From positions 736,001 to 800,000 of the forward strand of contig CBDATQ010000002.1 in the NCBI GenBank assembly GCA_965199955.1: a stretch of DNA of 64,000 bases, in the 5' to 3' direction. The position numbers and the translations under genes were made by a program. Positions 60,445 to 64,000 of the stretch are shown here, in pieces; positions within the stretch are counted from its first letter, which is position 1; each line of letters begins with the position of its first letter. The notes beneath the pieces are model-generated. The model made no database searches and had not been told where the DNA came from. It was given only the letters and a program-made list of their open reading frames with translations. The DNA comes from Spirochaetia bacterium (GTDB lineage Bacteria; Spirochaetota; Spirochaetia; SZUA-6; Bin103).

Positions 60445-61113
60445 ATGACCCTGCGCGCACTGATCTTCGACTTCGACGGCCTGATCGTCGATACCGAGTC
60501 CTCTTCTCTGGCGGCGGTCCAGGAGGCGTACCGCCGCCACGGCCACGACCTTCCGCCGGAGCTCTGGCAGCGCTGCGTGGGATCCATCGTCGATCCGTAC
60601 GATCACCTGCAGCGGCTCGTCGGTCCCGGGGTGGACCTCACGCCGGTGCGGGAAGAGGTGCGTGTGCGCAAGCATGCCGCCGACGAACGCCTTGGACCGT
60701 GCGCGGGCGTGACGGAGCTGATCGACGCGGCGGTCGCGTCGGGACTGCGGCTGGCGGTGGCGTCGTCGTCTTCGCGCCGCTGGGTCGAGGGCCACCTGGA
60801 GCGCATCGGCGCACTGGAGCCCTTCCACGCGATCCGCTGCCGCGACCACGTCCGGCAGACCAAGCCGGCGCCGGACGTCTACCTGGCCGCGCTCGACGGC
60901 ATCGGCGTGAGCGCGTCGCAGGCGGTCGCGTTCGAGGACTCCCCGAACGGGTCGCAGGCGGCCAAGGCGGCCGGCATCTACACGGTGGTGGTGCCCAATC
61001 GGGTCACGCGCGGCTGGGCATTCGATCACGCCGACCGGGTGATCGACTCGCTGGCGGGCGTGACGCTCCAGGCGGTGAGTGGCTGGCATGCCGCCGCCTC
61101 CGCGCCGGCGTAG
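60445..61113 (+). CDS. HAD family phosphatase
   Basis: FDFDGLIVDTE, KPAPD, FEDS. Confidence 0.92.
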   Translation: MTLRALIFDFDGLIVDTESSSLAAVQEAYRRHGHDLPPELWQRCVGSIVDPYDHLQRLVGPGVDLTPVREEVRVRKHAADERLGPCAGVTELIDAAVASGLRLAVASSSSRRWVEGHLERIGALEPFHAIRCRDHVRQTKPAPDVYLAALDGIGVSASQAVAFEDSPNGSQAAKAAGIYTVVVPNRVTRGWAFDHADRVIDSLAGVTLQAVSGWHAAASAPA

Positions 61114-61119
61114 GAGCCG

Positions 61120-62238
61120 ATGACGAGCGAAGGCGACGCGCTTGCGGCGCTGGCCGTGCCCCCTCCGGTGCGGCCGATGCTTGCCAAGGCCATGCACGCC
61201 CTGCCCTGCAGCCATGACTGGATCTTCGAGCCCAAGTGGGACGGCTTCCGGACCCTGGTGTTCCGTTCCGGCGATGAGCTGCTGCTGCAGAGCCGCGACC
61301 TGAAGCCGATGAACCGCTACTTTCCCGAGCTCCTGGAGCCGCTGGCCGCGCAGCTCCCGCAGCGCTGCGTGCTGGACGGCGAGGTGGTGGTCGCCACCGA
61401 TTCCGGGCTCGACTTCGAGGCGCTGCAGCAGCGCATCCACCCGGCCGCTTCGCGCGTGGCCATGCTGGCCGAGCGCACGCCGGCCGCGTTCGTGGCGTTC
61501 GATCTGCTGGTCGCCGCCGACGTCGATCTGGCAGCGGCCGGCTTCGCCGAGCGGCGCGAGGCGCTGGAGGGAGTCATGGCCGGCTGTGCGCCGCCGCTGC
61601 ACCTCACGCCCATGACGCGGGACCGGGCGGCCGCGCAGGACTGGTTCGAGCGCTTCGAGGGCGCCGGACTGGACGGCGTGATAGCCAAAGCCCCGGCGGG
61701 CCGGTACCAGCCTGGCAAGCGCTCGATGATCAAGGTGAAGCCCAAGCGGACCGTGGACTGCGTGGTGGCCGGACTGCGCTGGCACAAGAAGGGGCCGGGC
61801 ACCATGGTCGGATCGCTGCTGCTCGGGCTGTACGACGAGCAGGGAAGGCTCCATCACGTGGGGGTCGCGGCCAGCTTCCGCGAGTCCTACCGGCGCGAGC
61901 TGGTCGCGGAGCTGGCGCCGCTGCGCGACGGCATCGACGGCCATCCCTGGCACGGCTGGATCGAGGCCGTCGGCGCGGCCGAGGGCCGGCCCGGACGGGT
62001 GCCGGCCGGTCGCAGACCGGGCGGCATGAGCCGGTGGAGCCAGGGCAAGGACCAGAGCTGGGTGCCGCTACGGGCCGAGCGGGTGGTCGAGGTCACGTAC
62101 GATCATATGCAGGGCAGCCGCTTCCGGCACACCGCCCATCTCGTGCGCTGGCGCTGCGACAAGGACCCGCGCGAGTGTACGTACGAGCAGCTCGCGGTCA
62201 CCCCGCCGGTGGAGTTGAGCACGATCTTCAGGGCATAG
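61120..62238 (+). CDS. ATP-dependent DNA ligase (LigC-like)
   Basis: PMLAK, EPKWDGFR, LDGE, FDLL, DGVIAK, SRW..GKD.SW, RFRH. Confidence 0.88.
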   Translation: MTSEGDALAALAVPPPVRPMLAKAMHALPCSHDWIFEPKWDGFRTLVFRSGDELLLQSRDLKPMNRYFPELLEPLAAQLPQRCVLDGEVVVATDSGLDFEALQQRIHPAASRVAMLAERTPAAFVAFDLLVAADVDLAAAGFAERREALEGVMAGCAPPLHLTPMTRDRAAAQDWFERFEGAGLDGVIAKAPAGRYQPGKRSMIKVKPKRTVDCVVAGLRWHKKGPGTMVGSLLLGLYDEQGRLHHVGVAASFRESYRRELVAELAPLRDGIDGHPWHGWIEAVGAAEGRPGRVPAGRRPGGMSRWSQGKDQSWVPLRAERVVEVTYDHMQGSRFRHTAHLVRWRCDKDPRECTYEQLAVTPPVELSTIFRA

Positions 62239-62285
62239 CTGGGGGCTGCCATCAGTCGCGTCCACGAGCGATGGCGCACTTGGAG

Positions 62286-62517
62286 TCACCCGGTTCGGCG
62301 CGAATCCCCACCACGCTGACGCCGAACCCACTCGGCTGGATCCGCGTCCCACTCGTGCCCTGTGTCGGCGAGCGCGGCTTCGGTGTCGTCCCAACGCCGC
62401 TCATTCTCCAGAGCTCGCCTGATCACCTGCGCAATGGAACGCGCTGCGCCGTCGCGGGCCGGCTCGGCGGTCGAGCTCGGCTACCAAGTTGTCGTCCAGC
62501 GTTATGCGCAAGCGCAT
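62286..62517 (-). pseudogene. RHH/CopG antitoxin remnant
   Basis: MRLRITLDDNLVAELDRR..RSAF, then shifted frame IAQVIRRALENERRW..AEWVRRQR-stop; no intact toxin. Confidence 0.65.
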
Positions 62518-62542
62518 GGTCAGCGGCAGCGCACAGAGCAAC

Positions 62543-63100
62543 CTACGGCGTTGCGAAGGCGCCGGGCCACGGTTCGGCACCGGTCTCCACGTCCTGATGC
62601 TCTTCCTTTTCCCTGTACGCCTGCAGGCCGCGTGCGAGGTAATTGGCGAGCGCTTGCGGGTGATCGGCCGTGCAGGTGTGCAGCCACACGCGTCCGCAGC
62701 CGATAGAGCGTCCACGTTCCACCGCATCGCACAGCAGGTGCCCGCCCAGGCCGCGGCCGGTGAACGAGGGGAAGATCCCGAACTGCCGGACCTCCACGCC
62801 GTTCTCGCCCTCGTCCACCAGCTCGAAGTAGCCGGCCACGGTACCGGTGACGTAGGCGACCCAATACTCCCTTCTCCCGTCGGCCAGGTCACGCTCCCAC
62901 TTCGCGTAGCTCCAGTTCACTCGACGTGTCCAGTTCCAGGGATACCCGACTCCCCGGTACAGGAACCGCGCGAAATCAGGCGTGATCGCGACGGCCTGGC
63001 GCAACTCGTAGTCGGGCCGCGGCCGCGACGGAGACCGCAGCGGCGTATCGGCCGAGATCTCCAGGTAGGTGGTGCGAACCAGCGTGCGGGTGACCGGCAT
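62543..63100 (-). CDS. GNAT acetyltransferase
   Basis: TYLE, GYFEL, FG..FTGRGLG, WLHTCT.DHP.AL.NY. Confidence 0.88.
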   Translation of the reverse strand: MPVTRTLVRTTYLEISADTPLRSPSRPRPDYELRQAVAITPDFARFLYRGVGYPWNWTRRVNWSYAKWERDLADGRREYWVAYVTGTVAGYFELVDEGENGVEVRQFGIFPSFTGRGLGGHLLCDAVERGRSIGCGRVWLHTCTADHPQALANYLARGLQAYREKEEHQDVETGAEPWPGAFATP

Positions 63101-63141
63101 GGTCCGATCGTGCCCGGCCGGACGCCTGCCGTCGAGGGGGC

Positions 63142-63495
63142 TCACGCGCCTTCGCATCGTCCGGCCCACAATCCCGACGCATCGCGGGAGCTGCGGACTT
63201 CAGGAAAGTGACGCCGCATGTTGATGCCGCAAATGGAGTGGATCATCGCATCGAGGTACGTCGGATCCACGAAGGACTCGATCCGCTCCGACCAGGTGCC
63301 GCGATTCAGGTTGCCGCCGGCACGGTGAAGCGAACCCACGGGGATCCGAAGAAACCCGGCCAGGCGCCGATGCGAGCAGTCCAACTCGTGTGTTCTCAGC
63401 ACCAGTCGACGTTCCGCTGGAATTGACGCCGTGCCGGACTTCGCCTGGCCGACGCAGAACGCCCTCACATTGGATGTACGGCTGTCAGAGCACAT
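63142..63495 (-). pseudogene. Sulfotransferase-like remnant with internal deletion
   Basis: FCVGQAKSGTAS PAPS-loop-like motif joined directly to C-terminal-type IPAERRLVLRT..LAGFL. Confidence 0.5.
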
Positions 63496-63687
63496 TCCAT
63501 CAGCATGAGCTGAGCGATGCGGCCGAGCAAAGCGCCACCCGGCCGTGCTCTTCGCCGGCTCCGGAATGCCCGCCAGGCGACTGGCGCCGCACGCCGTCGG
63601 GGCCTCCCCGAACCACGGCGCGTTTGACCCCTCGCGGCAGGTCGCCTACCGTCGCCGCGACCAATCGGTCGCGGCAAGGAGGCAACG

Positions 63688-64000
63688 GTGGCAACGGATC
63701 TGGCGAGTCACATCGAGGAGACGCCGCTGGTCGACACCCACGAGCACATGAAGCGGGAGCCGGCATGGGTGGACGACGGCCCCGACATCCTGCAGGACCT
63801 GTTCGGCAACTACGTGGGAGCCGACCTGCGCACCGCCGGCGCATCCGAGGAGGCCATGCAGCGCCTCTTTGACGCCTCCGATCCGAATATCCCCGGCCGG
63901 TTCCGTGGCATCGAGGCCGCGTGGCGGGCTACGGAGCTCACCGGCTACGGCGAGGCGGTCAGCCTGATCGGCCGGCACGCCTACGGCCTGGACGAGCTGA
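63688..64000 (+). CDS. Amidohydrolase family protein, partial
   Basis: Not in ORF track; AAGGAGG RBS, GTG63688, TPLVDTHEH. Confidence 0.8.
   Translation, partial: MATDLASHIEETPLVDTHEHMKREPAWVDDGPDILQDLFGNYVGADLRTAGASEEAMQRLFDASDPNIPGRFRGIEAAWRATELTGYGEAVSLIGRHAYGLDEL

Overview
High-GC bacterial chromosome region with no rRNA, tRNA or CRISPR array detected. The backbone is intact metabolic and repair genes: a ThDP E1beta/E1alpha plus lipoyl-carrier-only operon, sugar-acid enzymes, tdh-kbl, two LplB-type carbohydrate ABC cassettes with large solute-binding proteins, many oxidoreductases and hydrolases, an NHL-repeat protein, xth, nth, msrA and a LigC-like ligase. Small accessory islets sit between these genes (toxin-antitoxin modules, a methyltransferase, GmrSD, a group II intron RT, ATPases, IS elements). 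About 14 accessory genes are frameshifted, nonsense-mutated or collapsed by internal deletions, while the backbone genes are clean. Main structural observations: (1) a complete IS1634-like element (6-bp TSD ATTAGT) and a deleted ISKra4-like element (8-bp TSD ATTCCATT) lie next to group IIC intron 5' stubs placed right after a terminator; (2) a lone STAND-like ATPase cassette is flanked by a 15-bp duplication of the neighbouring gene's 3' end; (3) many genes appear leaderless; (4) the 2-oxoacid dehydrogenase-like operon has an E2 with no catalytic domain, followed by a cupin. The binding-protein signal peptides and gene repertoire suggest a Spirochaetales-like, possibly host-associated organism; this is inference only. 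All family assignments come from motif recognition by eye, with no database searches.
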